The notes beneath the pieces were generated by a model. It searched no databases. It was not told the origin of the DNA and worked only from the letters and a program-made list of their open reading frames with translations. A stretch of DNA of 64,000 nt from a bacterium (lineage in GTDB: Bacteria; UBA8248), in contig CBDBZU010000004.1 of NCBI GenBank assembly GCA_965213625.1, forward strand, positions 2,272,001 through 2,336,000, read 5' to 3'. Shown here one piece after another: positions 40,785 through 51,423 of this stretch. The translations under genes were made by a program, and so were the position numbers. The stretch's first letter is position 1; each line of letters opens with the position of its first letter.

Positions 40785-42323
40785 ATGGAATTGCTGAATT
40801 CCCCGGTCGAAAAACGTCGCGTTCCCGCCATCGGGATGCAGAACGTCACCAAAACGTTCCCCGGCGTAAGGGCTCTGGACCGCGTCAGTTTTGATGTCGA
40901 CCACGGTGAGATACACGCGCTTGTCGGGGAGAACGGGTCGGGAAAGTCCACACTTTTGAAGCTGATGGTGGGCGCTTTCCCGATGGATTCCGGGCAGATC
41001 CGCATCAACGGGGATGAGGTGCGGCTGCGCTCACCGCGTGAAGCCAGGAAACGATACGGCATCAAGTTGATGCCGCAGGATGTCGAACTGTGCGGGCAAC
41101 TGATTACCGGCCGCAACATCATGCTGGGCCTCGAGGGGGCGCTGGTCGACCGGAACAGGCTGTCGCGCCGCGAGCGATCCATGACGACGGAAGTCCTCCG
41201 CCTGATCGGCGCTCACGTGGATCCCCTGGTCTTGGGGGAGGATTTAAGCACACCGGAGGCTCGGTTTATCCAGATCGCCCACGCGCTCTTGCCTCCGGTG
41301 AACGTGGTCCTTTGCGACGAGCCGACGGCGGTGCTCTCCGCAGTGGATGCCGAGGCGCTACTGGCCACCCTGACCCGGATTCGGAGCGAGGCGGGTACGG
41401 CCATTGTGTATGTCAGCCACCGGATCGGTGAGGTCCTCCAGATAGCCGACCGCATCACTATACTGCGCGATGGCCTCAGCGTCGGTACGTTTCGACGCGA
41501 CGAGATCGACCGGCAACAAATCATTGAACTGATGACCAAGTCCGCGCGCGCCGGCAAGCAAGGGGCGCCGGCTCAAGACGCTGCCCGGAGCGCAGCGAAA
41601 GGAGGCAAGCTGGCGGTTAAGTCGCTCAGGCTCGGTCGAAGCTTTTCAGACGTTTCGTTCGAAGTAGAGGCGGGACAAATTGTGGGAATCGCCGGAGCCC
41701 AGGGTGCGGGATTCGGCCCGCTGCTCGCTACAATCGCGGGCCGTACTAAATACGACGCCGGCTCAATCGAACTGGATGGGGTCTCCATTCCGCCCGGATC
41801 GACCACGAATGCGTACAGACATGGGGTCGCGCTGGTCCCTGCCGACCGGCGGAAAGCGGGCATCGTTCCATCACTCACGGTTCGGGAGAACATCGCCTTG
41901 CCTGTTTCAGGCTCGCTGGGGCGATACGGTTTCCGGCTTCGACGGACCGAGCGAGAGACGAGCCGAAAGAGCGCTGAGATATTCGATATCAGGGGAGCCG
42001 GGTTGAACACCCTGGCCGGGAACCTGAGCGGCGGCAACCAGCAGAAACTGGCGATTGCCCGATCCCTTCAGGGGGCTCCCAAGTTTCTTCTCCTCGAAGA
42101 ACCCACGCAAGGCATCGATATCGGTGCCAAGTCCGAGATCCGCCATTACATCAGCAGGCTCGTCCGTGACGAAGGAATGGGCGCGTTGGTTGCAAGCTCC
42201 GAGTTTGAAGATCTCATCGGCTTTTCGGACGTCCTCCATGTGATGCGCCTGGGCCGGGTCGTCGCGACGTTCGACGGGAAGACGGCGACCTACTCGGATA
42301 TCCTTCACGCAGCGCTCCCGTAG
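40785..42323 (+). CDS. CUT2 ABC ATP-binding protein (double domain)
   Basis: KTFPGVRAL, GENGSGKST, DEPT, YVSH, LSGGNQQK, EEPTQGIDIG. Confidence 0.93.
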   Translation: MELLNSPVEKRRVPAIGMQNVTKTFPGVRALDRVSFDVDHGEIHALVGENGSGKSTLLKLMVGAFPMDSGQIRINGDEVRLRSPREARKRYGIKLMPQDVELCGQLITGRNIMLGLEGALVDRNRLSRRERSMTTEVLRLIGAHVDPLVLGEDLSTPEARFIQIAHALLPPVNVVLCDEPTAVLSAVDAEALLATLTRIRSEAGTAIVYVSHRIGEVLQIADRITILRDGLSVGTFRRDEIDRQQIIELMTKSARAGKQGAPAQDAARSAAKGGKLAVKSLRLGRSFSDVSFEVEAGQIVGIAGAQGAGFGPLLATIAGRTKYDAGSIELDGVSIPPGSTTNAYRHGVALVPADRRKAGIVPSLTVRENIALPVSGSLGRYGFRLRRTERETSRKSAEIFDIRGAGLNTLAGNLSGGNQQKLAIARSLQGAPKFLLLEEPTQGIDIGAKSEIRHYISRLVRDEGMGALVASSEFEDLIGFSDVLHVMRLGRVVATFDGKTATYSDILHAALP

Positions 42324-42866
42324 GCGTCGTCACTGAGGTTGCAGCGAACGGCGCCGGATTGGCGCGCAACCTCGCCGGGGCATCCTGTTCATGGAGCGAC
42401 CGCAATCCCTCGTGTCTGATCTTCATCGTGCGATTGCAACGCGCAGCGCCTTGCGCCACATGCGGCCTGTTTTTATGTAGCTCAGTCTTCTTCATCGAAA
42501 GACGGCATCCGCATTTCCCCGCATTTGCTGTGTCCAAGTTTCCGCCCGGATGGAGCACAATCCCGCGCGGGAAAGAAAGCGTTTCCGGCGACTTAAGGAG
42601 GAGAGGAGATGGAAAAGGCGATTCGGCATCCTTCGGGATTGTTCTTCTCTCCGGTCGGAATCGAGCCGGGCGCTCCCCGGAATCGAAGGGTAGGGAATAA
42701 CCGAAAAAAGCAGAAAACAAATCGATAAAATTAGATAAATTCACGGGGTTTTTCGATAAATAGCCGAAAATTAAAAGCGGCGATATGCCATAATTGCGCT
42801 TGGAAAAACCGGCGGAAAAACGGGGGGCGTACGCCCCCGAACCGATGGCGCAAGAGGAGGCGCAAG

Positions 42867-43310
42867 ATGGGTCTGGTGAGCATCAACCATACGAGTTTCA
42901 CGGTGTCGGATGCCGAGGCGATAGCCGCGTGGTACTGCGAAATGCTTGATTTTACTATCGTTTCGGTCGATACCCGGCCCCAGGACTACAGCGAGGAGGT
43001 GACGGGCATCGCAGGCGCCGACCTGCGCATCGTCTACATCAAAGGCGGGGGCTACCACATCGAGCTGGTGGAGTACGTGGGCGCGCCGGGTGTGAAGATA
43101 GACACGGCAACGAACAACGTGGGCAGCGCGCACATCGCCTATAACGTCAATGATCTCAATGGGATGTACGAGGCGTTGGCACCAAAGGGAGTGAGGTTCG
43201 TCTCCGAACCCGTGCCCGTCACGCAAGGCCCCAACACGGGGGGATTCGTCGTATACATCGAGGACCCGGACGGCAACACGCTCGAACTCATCGAGAGGCC
43301 GGGCACGTAA
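42867..43310 (+). CDS. VOC family protein
   Basis: INHTSF, IELVEY, AHIAY, YIEDPDGNTLEL; GAGG RBS. Confidence 0.9.
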   Translation: MGLVSINHTSFTVSDAEAIAAWYCEMLDFTIVSVDTRPQDYSEEVTGIAGADLRIVYIKGGGYHIELVEYVGAPGVKIDTATNNVGSAHIAYNVNDLNGMYEALAPKGVRFVSEPVPVTQGPNTGGFVVYIEDPDGNTLELIERPGT

Positions 43311-43321
43311 GGTAAGCCAAA

Positions 43322-44029
43322 TCAGAGCGTTACGCTCTCCCCCGGCTCCAGGACGATGACTTCCGTATCCAGGCCGCGCTTGCGCACCTCTTGGGTGAAG
43401 GCCTCGGGCGTTCCCGTCAAGTGGGGCAGGCTCGAGTGGTGGATGGGCACGACGCGCTTCGCTCCCAGCAGCTCGCACGCCAGCGCCGCCTGGCGCGCGC
43501 CCATGGTGGCCCTGTCGCCTATGGGCAGGCAGCACAGGTCGGGCGCGTAGAGTTCGGCGATGATGCGCATATCGCCGAAAACGGCCGTATCCCCCGCGTG
43601 GTAAAGGCGTTTGCCGTCCTCGAAGGTGAGAATCAGACCGCAGGGCTCGCCCGTATACTTGAGTTCCGGGCCGTAGGCGCCGCCATGAAAGGCGTGGGTG
43701 AGGGTGAGCTGAACGCCGCCGAAATCGACCGTGCCGTCCTTTCCCATGGGGGTGGCGTGAGAGCCCAAATCGTGTTCGGCGCCGATGGTACGGATGAGGT
43801 CCATATGGCCCGCCACGGGGCATGGATTCGCCTCGAAAACGGGGATGACGTCGCCCGTATGGTCGAAATGGCCGTGCGTGAGGCAGATCAAGTCCGCTTT
43901 TTGCGGTGTTTTGAGTTCAGGCGGGCAAACGGGGTTTTTCTCGAGCCAGGGGTCGATGTAGATGCGCTTGCCGCCGTCTGTTTTGATGAAAAACGTCGAT
44001 TGCCCATGAAATATCAGCGTTGCGCCCAT
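43322..44029 (-). CDS. Metal-dependent hydrolase, MBL fold (UPF0173-like)
   Basis: IDPW, THGHFDH, YHAGDT, LPIGD..TM, VPIH. Confidence 0.9.
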   Translation of the reverse strand: MGATLIFHGQSTFFIKTDGGKRIYIDPWLEKNPVCPPELKTPQKADLICLTHGHFDHTGDVIPVFEANPCPVAGHMDLIRTIGAEHDLGSHATPMGKDGTVDFGGVQLTLTHAFHGGAYGPELKYTGEPCGLILTFEDGKRLYHAGDTAVFGDMRIIAELYAPDLCCLPIGDRATMGARQAALACELLGAKRVVPIHHSSLPHLTGTPEAFTQEVRKRGLDTEVIVLEPGESVTL

Positions 44030-44070
44030 GTTTCGAATCACCTCCTAAGTTGTTGATGTATTGGGGGAAT

Positions 44071-44961
44071 CTATAGATGCTCGTCAAACCAGGCCTTCGT
44101 TTCCTTCAAGGCCGTCTCGAAGAGTTCCGGGTTGTTCACCTGGTAGACGTCGTTGTGGCGGCCCTTGGGAAGCATGACGATCTTTTTCGGCTCTCCGCAG
44201 GCCGCATAGCAGGCGTGCGCTTCTGAGGGAGGAACCATGACGTCTTCTTCCCCGTAGATGAACAGGACGGGCCTGGGCGAGATTTTGCCGGCCACCCATT
44301 CGGGGCGATAGCGAAAACACGCCTCCACGCTTTCGAGATCGAGTTCGAGCACCTCTTCGGAGCCGTGTTCCTCCAGTGTCATCGGGGGTTTGGGATTATC
44401 CGGGTCGTCGCTGTAAATGTCATGGCGGATGATGGTTTCCCGCTCGTTGGTGGTGACGCGCCTCCGGGCGGCTTCCCGTATCCGGGACTGGAAGGCGAGC
44501 CATTCATACGGCCTTCTCAATGTTTTCAGCCAGCGTTCGCCGTCGTGCACCCCCACGGTGGAAACGGTCGCCTTCACCCGGTCATCGAAAGCCGCGGCCC
44601 AGATAGCGTGAGCGCCCCCAAAACTCGTGCCGTACAGGCCGATTCGCTCACTGTCCACGCCTTCTACGGTTTGCAGAAAGGTGATTCCGTCGTAGGTGTC
44701 CTGGGCCTGCTCAAGCGGGCGGTGACGTCCGCGAGCACCCTCGCTCACGCCGTAGCCGCGATAATCGGGCGCCAGGGTGAAAAACCCCGCTTTGCTCAAG
44801 TGGATGGGCATGTCGATTGTGGCCAGGTTCTTTCGGCCGCTGTATCCCGTAACGCAGACGACCCCTGGCCGAGGCGGGTCGCCGGGTTTCCAGTCGTCCG
44901 GGCGATACAGATGCGCGGCGATTTTGTGGCCATCACTGAAATAGGCGATGTCTTCGTGCAT
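44071..44961 (-). CDS. Alpha/beta hydrolase
   Basis: DYRGYGVSEG, nucleophile elbow GTSFG, Asp in EEDVMV, His in GRHND. Confidence 0.9.
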   Translation of the reverse strand: MHEDIAYFSDGHKIAAHLYRPDDWKPGDPPRPGVVCVTGYSGRKNLATIDMPIHLSKAGFFTLAPDYRGYGVSEGARGRHRPLEQAQDTYDGITFLQTVEGVDSERIGLYGTSFGGAHAIWAAAFDDRVKATVSTVGVHDGERWLKTLRRPYEWLAFQSRIREAARRRVTTNERETIIRHDIYSDDPDNPKPPMTLEEHGSEEVLELDLESVEACFRYRPEWVAGKISPRPVLFIYGEEDVMVPPSEAHACYAACGEPKKIVMLPKGRHNDVYQVNNPELFETALKETKAWFDEHL

Positions 44962-45171
44962 TTGAGTTTCCTTTTTAATGTATTAAATTACAATTGATTA
45001 GAGAATACCGGGTTTTTGACACCCAGGGCTACTGCTGATAGGAGTAAGAAGGCATACAATACACGGTCTTTCTCGAATTTCCGAGAAACTGGTGCCCCTG
45101 GAAAAGCCGCATGGGAAGTGTGTCACGGATAGTTTGGCGCCGCTGCTTGTAGAGGAGATACTGATTCAATC

Positions 45172-46497
45172 ATGTCTCGTCAAAAAGTTTTCATCATCCT
45201 GGCCGTTCTGGTTCTTATAGTAGGCTTAGCGATCACGAAGTTGCTGATCGAGAATCGACCAGAACCCGAGACAGTGACTCCCACCGCACCACGCAGATTC
45301 GTCAGAACCATGCTTTTGAAAAAACAGGACAAAACCTTCTGGGTCAAGGGGTTCGGAACAGTCCGTCCCAAAACGGAGATTTCCATCGTGCCTGAAGTGT
45401 CCGGGAAAGTGGTCAAGCGTTCACCTGGGTTCAGGACCGGCGGCTTCATCAAGAAAGGGGATGTGCTTTTCCGAATCGACCCTGCGGATTACAAACTCGC
45501 CATCGAGCGGCGAAAAGCGGAAATCGCGCAACTCAGAGCCGATATCGCTAGGTTGAGACAGGAGGAGCAGAACCACCAGGCCGATCTGAATATCACTGAA
45601 CGCCATATGGAGTTAGTTGCTCAGGAAATGGAACGCAACGAAAGATTGCGTAGACAAGGCGTTATTTCTTCCGGTCAATATGATCAGTCTCAACAGAGTT
45701 TTCTCAGGCAGGAGAGAACTGTTCAGTCGATTAGGAACATGCTGGCGCTATTGCCCGTTCAGTTGAGACAGAAACGCGCGGCTTTGAGTGCGAACCAATC
45801 GGAACTGAAAAGAGCTACCCTGCAATTGTCTCGCACCAAAATATTGGCTCCTTTCGATTCTCGCGTGCGAGAGACGAGTTTGGACGTGGGGGATTTCGCC
45901 AGTGCGGGTAAATCAGTCGGAAAAATTTATGATGTTTCCGTGCTCGAAGTTCCTGTTTCCCTGCCGGTGGAGGATGCGCGCTGGGCGTTTCGCCGTATTC
46001 GGGAAGTATCCTTTCCCCGTAGCCAGGAAGAGGTAAAGCCTTTTTTCCCCGCTGCCAGGGTATCCTGGAGTCAGTTCGGCAAAAAGTTTGAATGGAGAGG
46101 ACGGGTGTCTCTCGTGGATTCCGGGCTGGATGAGTCCACGCGCGCGCTCACACTTGTAGTTGAAATTTCTGAACCCATGAAAAATTGGGAATCTGGAGAG
46201 CATCCTCCCCTTTTTGTGGGGATGTTCGTTGAAGTGAAAATCGAAGGTGTCACGATGCCAGGCGTGTTCGTCATTCCGCGCACCGCATTGCGTGAACGGG
46301 ACCACGTTTATTTGTTGGACGAGGGGAAATTAAGGATTCAAAAAGTGGAAGTCATTCGAAAAGCTCAGGATGGCGTCGTGATCAGAAATGGAGTGAGTGA
46401 AAACGCCCGTATCATTCTTTCCGCAGTCCCCGAGCCCGTTTCCGGCATGATACTCAACGAACAAAACGGGATTCCTGGCGGGGCATCCACGCAATGA
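45172..46497 (+). CDS. RND efflux periplasmic adaptor
   Basis: N-terminal TM, PEVSGKV, coiled-coil hairpin, ILAPFDS, GMFVEV. Confidence 0.9.
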   Translation: MSRQKVFIILAVLVLIVGLAITKLLIENRPEPETVTPTAPRRFVRTMLLKKQDKTFWVKGFGTVRPKTEISIVPEVSGKVVKRSPGFRTGGFIKKGDVLFRIDPADYKLAIERRKAEIAQLRADIARLRQEEQNHQADLNITERHMELVAQEMERNERLRRQGVISSGQYDQSQQSFLRQERTVQSIRNMLALLPVQLRQKRAALSANQSELKRATLQLSRTKILAPFDSRVRETSLDVGDFASAGKSVGKIYDVSVLEVPVSLPVEDARWAFRRIREVSFPRSQEEVKPFFPAARVSWSQFGKKFEWRGRVSLVDSGLDESTRALTLVVEISEPMKNWESGEHPPLFVGMFVEVKIEGVTMPGVFVIPRTALRERDHVYLLDEGKLRIQKVEVIRKAQDGVVIRNGVSENARIILSAVPEPVSGMILNEQNGIPGGASTQ

Positions 46498-49400
46498 AGC
46501 AAATTCTGGCTTGGTCTGCACGCCATACCGTTTTCGCCAATCTTTTGATGGTGATAATGATAATCATCGGCGTTTTCGCCGTTTTTCAAATCCGCAGCGA
46601 ACTGATCCCTCAATTCGCCCTAGATCGGGTTAGCGTCAAAGTAACGTGGGAGGGCGCGAGTCCTATGGAGGTGGAAGAGGGAGTTTGCATCAAAATCGAA
46701 GAAGCCTTGACCGGTGTCGAGGGGGTAAAAAAAATCACTTCGGTTGCCTATGAAGGGCGATGTGAAATTGCAGCGGAACTGCATGCTTGGATCAAGAGTT
46801 CCAGGGATTTGATGGAAGATATTAGAAGCGAAATCGACCGCATCAAGACATTGCCAGAGGATATAGAAAGGCCAATCGTTTCGGAAGTGAAGCGGATACT
46901 TCAGGTAATTGACATCTCTTTGTTTGGCAATGTTTCGGAAGAAGTCCTGAAACGAAAAGCCACGGAGATCAAAGATGAATTGCTGGAAATACCCAACATT
47001 TCCAAGGTGGTTTTGAGCGGCTTGAGAGATTGGGAAATTTCAATCGAAGTTTCAGAAGAGATGTTGCGCCGCTTTGGGCTCACTTTTGAGCGAGTTGGAA
47101 ATATCATTCGCAAGAATGTGCTGGAACTCTCGGGTGGGGATATCCGTTCAGCGGAGCGAAGAATCAGAATCAGGACATTGGGGAAGCGTTACACGGGCCT
47201 GGAATTCGAGCGGCTTGAAATACTCACCCAAAAAGACGGCACCATTTTGAGGCTGGGTGATATTGCTCGAGTGGTCGACGCTTTTGAAGAAAGCGATAGA
47301 ACGGGCCGGTTTGATGGGAAGCCGGCTGCGCTCATCACGGTGTATAGAACCGATGAGGAAGATTCGCTTTCGATTTCTAAAGCAGCAGTTGGATACGTTA
47401 AGAAAAAGCGCGAGGTATTACCTGAAGGGTTGGATTTGGTCCATTGGGCGGATACCTCGCGTTTGATACAGGACCGGCTCGATCTTTTAATGAGAAACGG
47501 GCGCGTCGGACTCGTTTTGGTTTTCTTCTCCATGTGGTTGTTTTTGAACATCCGTCTTTCATTTTGGGTGGCCATGGGAATTCCCGTATCCCTGTTGACG
47601 GCACTCGGTTTTTTGAATTTCACCGGTGGTACTCTCAACATGCTTTCGATGTTCGCCTTCATCATGGTTTTGGGGATACTGGTCGACGATGCAATTGTAG
47701 TGGCTGAAAATATCTATTCTCATATGGAAAGAGGGAAGAATCGCGTCCAGGCCGCTATTGACGGTTGTTATGAAGTAGTTCTGCCGGTTATCGCCACTGT
47801 CGTGACATCTATTGTGGCTTTCGCTCCCTTGCTTATGGTGGAAGGAACTGTCGGGAAATTCATGGCGGTGCTTCCGGCGGCAATCATCGCAGCCTTAATT
47901 GCTTCTCTTATCGAGTCATTATTCATTCTGCCGGCTCATTTGGGACATTGGGTGAGGTCGCCCAGGTCGGGTGGAATATCAGCGCGCGTGAGGAAAGCCA
48001 TCGATAGTGCAATCAACTGGCTTATCTATCGATTTTATGCGCCGATTCTGAGATTTTGCCTCAACGCCAGATATCTGGTCATCTCACTGGCTATGGTGGT
48101 TTTTATGGTGACGGTAGGTTTGGCCGTGGGTGGGCATGTGAGATTTTTGTTTTTCCCAAAACTCGATTCCGATTGGGTGGAAGCCAGAATTCTGTTCCCT
48201 CCAGGAACCCCGATTCGGCAAACGCGAAACGCTGCGCAAAGGATTGAGCAGGCAGCCGTTGCTCTTGATGAGGTTTTTCGTTCGAAAACGGGTGAGCCGA
48301 TCGTGAATCATATATTCACGACACTGGGCGAGCAATTTGGCCAAAACCGCGAGCGTGTCGCGGGGGGCAGCCATATGGCGCATCTGATTGTGGAGTTGCT
48401 GCCCTCGGAGGCCAGAGGAATCAGTGGGGAGGAAATTACAAATCGCTGGCGCGAAAATACAGGAAAAATTCCGGATGTATTGAGCCTAACTTTCGGTTCC
48501 GGGAGAGCCGGCCCGCCTGGCGGTAAACCTATCGATGTGCAGTTCTATGGTGATGACATCGAGACATTGAGAAGTGTATCCACGGAATTCAAGCGGGAGT
48601 TAACAAAATATCCTGGTATATATGACATTCAAGATGACTTCAGGCCCGGAAAGCTTGAATTCAGAACATCATTGAAGCCACAGGCGCGGGTGCTTGGCGT
48701 GAGCCTCGATGACTTGGGGCGTCAGTTGCGCGCGCGCTTTTTCGGGCTGCAAGTCATGCGTCTGCAACGCGGTCGGGATGATGTGAAGGTCAAACTTCGT
48801 TATCCGCCCGAGGAGAGGCGATCTGTCGAAGACATCAGGAAAATGAGGGTCAGGACGGCATCAGGGGCCGAAATCCCTTTCCATGAGGTGGCGGAAGTCG
48901 AGATGGTTCAAGGGCTTGATGAAATCAGGCGTGTGTCCAGAGCAAGGGCGATCAACGTAACGGCCGAAATCGACCAAAACCGCGCCAATCCCACCGAGGT
49001 TCTGAACGACTTGAATGCGAATTTCTTCCCGAAGTTCCTGAACCGCCATAACGGAGTAGGGGTTAGATTCGAAGGTCAGGCAAAAGAAACGCAAGAGTCA
49101 TTCAACAGTCTGTTTCGCGCCTTTGCGCTTGCGATTGCCGTTATTTTTGCGATTCTGGCCACTCTGTTCAGAAGCTATTTCCAGCCCTTGATAGTCATGA
49201 GCGCGATTCCGTTTGGGATTGTTGGCGCAATTTGGGGGCATATAATCCTAGGGTACGATATCTCCATATTGAGTATGTTTGGAATCTTGGCGCTTACCGG
49301 GGTTGTGGTGAATGACTCTTTGGTTCTTTTGGATTTCGCAAATCGGAGTATCAAAGACGGAATGCCGATAGAAGATGCGCTACAGCAGGCTGGTGTCGCA

Positions 49401-49682
49401 AGATGGAGAGCGATTGTTCTAACGACTTTGACGACCGCCGCAGGGTTGGGGCCGATGTTGTTCGAGAAAAGTTTTCAGGCGCAATTCTTGATTCCCATGG
49501 CGATTAGTCTGTGTTTCGGGCTGCTTTTCTCCACGGTGATAACGCTTATTCTGGTTCCTGTAATTTCTTTGATAGGCAACGATGTGGGGCGATTCTGGTG
49601 GCGGATATGGACGGGAAAATGGGTTACGAGAGAAGAAGTGGATGTACATTCTCCGCAGAAAGAAAGAGAAATCCACGCCTGA
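46494..49682 (+). CDS. RND efflux permease (AcrB/AcrD/AcrF family)
   Basis: 1062 aa; GILVDDAIVVAEN, GVVVNDS, R.RAIVLTTLTT. Confidence 0.93.
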   Translation: MKQILAWSARHTVFANLLMVIMIIIGVFAVFQIRSELIPQFALDRVSVKVTWEGASPMEVEEGVCIKIEEALTGVEGVKKITSVAYEGRCEIAAELHAWIKSSRDLMEDIRSEIDRIKTLPEDIERPIVSEVKRILQVIDISLFGNVSEEVLKRKATEIKDELLEIPNISKVVLSGLRDWEISIEVSEEMLRRFGLTFERVGNIIRKNVLELSGGDIRSAERRIRIRTLGKRYTGLEFERLEILTQKDGTILRLGDIARVVDAFEESDRTGRFDGKPAALITVYRTDEEDSLSISKAAVGYVKKKREVLPEGLDLVHWADTSRLIQDRLDLLMRNGRVGLVLVFFSMWLFLNIRLSFWVAMGIPVSLLTALGFLNFTGGTLNMLSMFAFIMVLGILVDDAIVVAENIYSHMERGKNRVQAAIDGCYEVVLPVIATVVTSIVAFAPLLMVEGTVGKFMAVLPAAIIAALIASLIESLFILPAHLGHWVRSPRSGGISARVRKAIDSAINWLIYRFYAPILRFCLNARYLVISLAMVVFMVTVGLAVGGHVRFLFFPKLDSDWVEARILFPPGTPIRQTRNAAQRIEQAAVALDEVFRSKTGEPIVNHIFTTLGEQFGQNRERVAGGSHMAHLIVELLPSEARGISGEEITNRWRENTGKIPDVLSLTFGSGRAGPPGGKPIDVQFYGDDIETLRSVSTEFKRELTKYPGIYDIQDDFRPGKLEFRTSLKPQARVLGVSLDDLGRQLRARFFGLQVMRLQRGRDDVKVKLRYPPEERRSVEDIRKMRVRTASGAEIPFHEVAEVEMVQGLDEIRRVSRARAINVTAEIDQNRANPTEVLNDLNANFFPKFLNRHNGVGVRFEGQAKETQESFNSLFRAFALAIAVIFAILATLFRSYFQPLIVMSAIPFGIVGAIWGHIILGYDISILSMFGILALTGVVVNDSLVLLDFANRSIKDGMPIEDALQQAGVARWRAIVLTTLTTAAGLGPMLFEKSFQAQFLIPMAISLCFGLLFSTVITLILVPVISLIGNDVGRFWWRIWTGKWVTREEVDVHSPQKEREIHA

Positions 49683-49810
49683 TATTATGCTTCATAGTTT
49701 TATCGAATTGAACTACTTGCGGGAATGTATTTATTCAATTCCCCCAAAAGTTTGCTTTCTATTATTGATTGTAATCTCGAATACGAATGAGTTTAGGAGA
49801 ACAAGATTTT

Positions 49811-50911
49811 ATGTCCTCAGAAATTGATGTGCGCTACGGTGAAGAGGTAGGAGACAAGATGGAAGCGGTCGTGATGACCGCACCTGAAAATTTGGAAATA
49901 CAGTCCGTTCCCGTTCCGGAACCGGGCATCGGGGAAGTGCTCGTAAAAGTGGAATGCACCACGATTTGTGGTACAGACATAGAGATCATCAAAGGCGGTC
50001 ACCTCCCCAACTGGCCGCCCCGGTTTCCGGCCATCCTGGGGCATGAATGGTCGGGCAGAATCGTTGCGATGGGCCCGATGACTGAGGGTTTCGGTCTCGG
50101 TATGGGTGATGCCGTGGCTGGGACGAGCCATGCTGGATGCGGCGCCTGTCGCATGTGCCTCATAGGCCGTTATAATCTCTGTTATAATTACGGGAATACA
50201 GTCACTGGACACAGGCAGTACGGGCATATCACGCAAGGCTCGTATGCGGAGTATGTCGTCAACAACATACGTGCGTTGCACAAAATGCCCGAGGGAATGT
50301 CGCTTGAGTATGGGTCGGCCGTGGACCCTGCTGCTTGCGGGCTCTGGACGGCGAAGCGTGCTGGGATCAATCCTGGCGATACGGTCGTGATATTGGGTTC
50401 CGGACCCATCGGTGTTTTTGCATATGAATCCGTCAAGGCGATGGGCGCAGGACGCATAATCGTTGTGGGCGGTGGCAGGAGGCTCGAGATTCTAGAGGAA
50501 CAAGGCGCCGAAGTTGTCAGTTACCGAGATGGCGGTGTGCCGGAACGGATAGATGAGATGACCCGCGGGAAAAAAGCCAACGTCGTGCTGGAGACGGCTG
50601 GAACCACGGATAGCTTCAAATGGAGTGTGGATTGCGGCGGCAAAGGCGCGCGAGTCGCCATTACCGGCATACCGGACAACATTCCTGATATGGCATGGAA
50701 GCGCGTCGTGCTCGAGGAAATGGATATTTTTGGTGTTCGGGCAAATCCCAACTGTGGAGATGAAGTATTATCACTCATTCAAGCCGGCAGGATGAATGTG
50801 GACCCATATATTACTCATCGGTTCCCCCTCAGAGAATACCAAGAAGCGCACGATACGTTTGTGGCTCGAAAAGATGGCGCTTTGTTGGTGAACCTGACTC
50901 CTGGAGCATAA
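49811..50911 (+). CDS. Zn-dependent medium-chain alcohol/polyol dehydrogenase
   Basis: ICGTD, GHE, CGACRMC...NLC structural Zn site, GSGPIG, ITHRFPL. Confidence 0.92.
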   Translation: MSSEIDVRYGEEVGDKMEAVVMTAPENLEIQSVPVPEPGIGEVLVKVECTTICGTDIEIIKGGHLPNWPPRFPAILGHEWSGRIVAMGPMTEGFGLGMGDAVAGTSHAGCGACRMCLIGRYNLCYNYGNTVTGHRQYGHITQGSYAEYVVNNIRALHKMPEGMSLEYGSAVDPAACGLWTAKRAGINPGDTVVILGSGPIGVFAYESVKAMGAGRIIVVGGGRRLEILEEQGAEVVSYRDGGVPERIDEMTRGKKANVVLETAGTTDSFKWSVDCGGKGARVAITGIPDNIPDMAWKRVVLEEMDIFGVRANPNCGDEVLSLIQAGRMNVDPYITHRFPLREYQEAHDTFVARKDGALLVNLTPGA

Positions 50912-50916
50912 CGACA

Positions 50917-51318
50917 ATGTCTCAAGGCGAGATGAAATATGGCGCGAAGATGATTGCGGAGGCGAAGCTCGAAACCGTTCCGAATCCATCAATGCAGCGC
51001 GATTACGTTGTAGATTTCACCATTCCCGAATTCACTTGTCTTTGCCCGCTCAGTAATTTTCCCGACTTCGCCACAATTCGCATCAAATACGTTCCTGGTG
51101 AAATGATAGTGGAGTTGAAATCCTTAAAACTCTACATCAATAATTACAGGGACCGGGAAATATTTCATGAACAGGTGGTCAGCACCATCCTTGACGACTT
51201 GGTTGAGGTTTGCGCGCCGAAATGGGTGTGGATTGAAGGTGATTTTAACGTTAGAGGAAATATCAAAACGAAAATTCGAGCCACGCATGGTGTGAGACCA
51301 CCAGATATTCCGGAATAG
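50917..51318 (+). CDS. queF: 7-cyano-7-deazaguanine reductase (short type)
   Basis: PEFTCLCP...PDFA, QueF motif ELKSLKLY, HE, FNVRG. Confidence 0.93.
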   Translation: MSQGEMKYGAKMIAEAKLETVPNPSMQRDYVVDFTIPEFTCLCPLSNFPDFATIRIKYVPGEMIVELKSLKLYINNYRDREIFHEQVVSTILDDLVEVCAPKWVWIEGDFNVRGNIKTKIRATHGVRPPDIPE

Positions 51319-51423
51319 ACGAATCGCTGATCAAATTGTAACGTTGCTCGGTGCAAAACAACTAACTTATAGTACTTAACATTAAACCCGATGAATTAAG
51401 CCATATTTCTCAATGAGGTGGAA

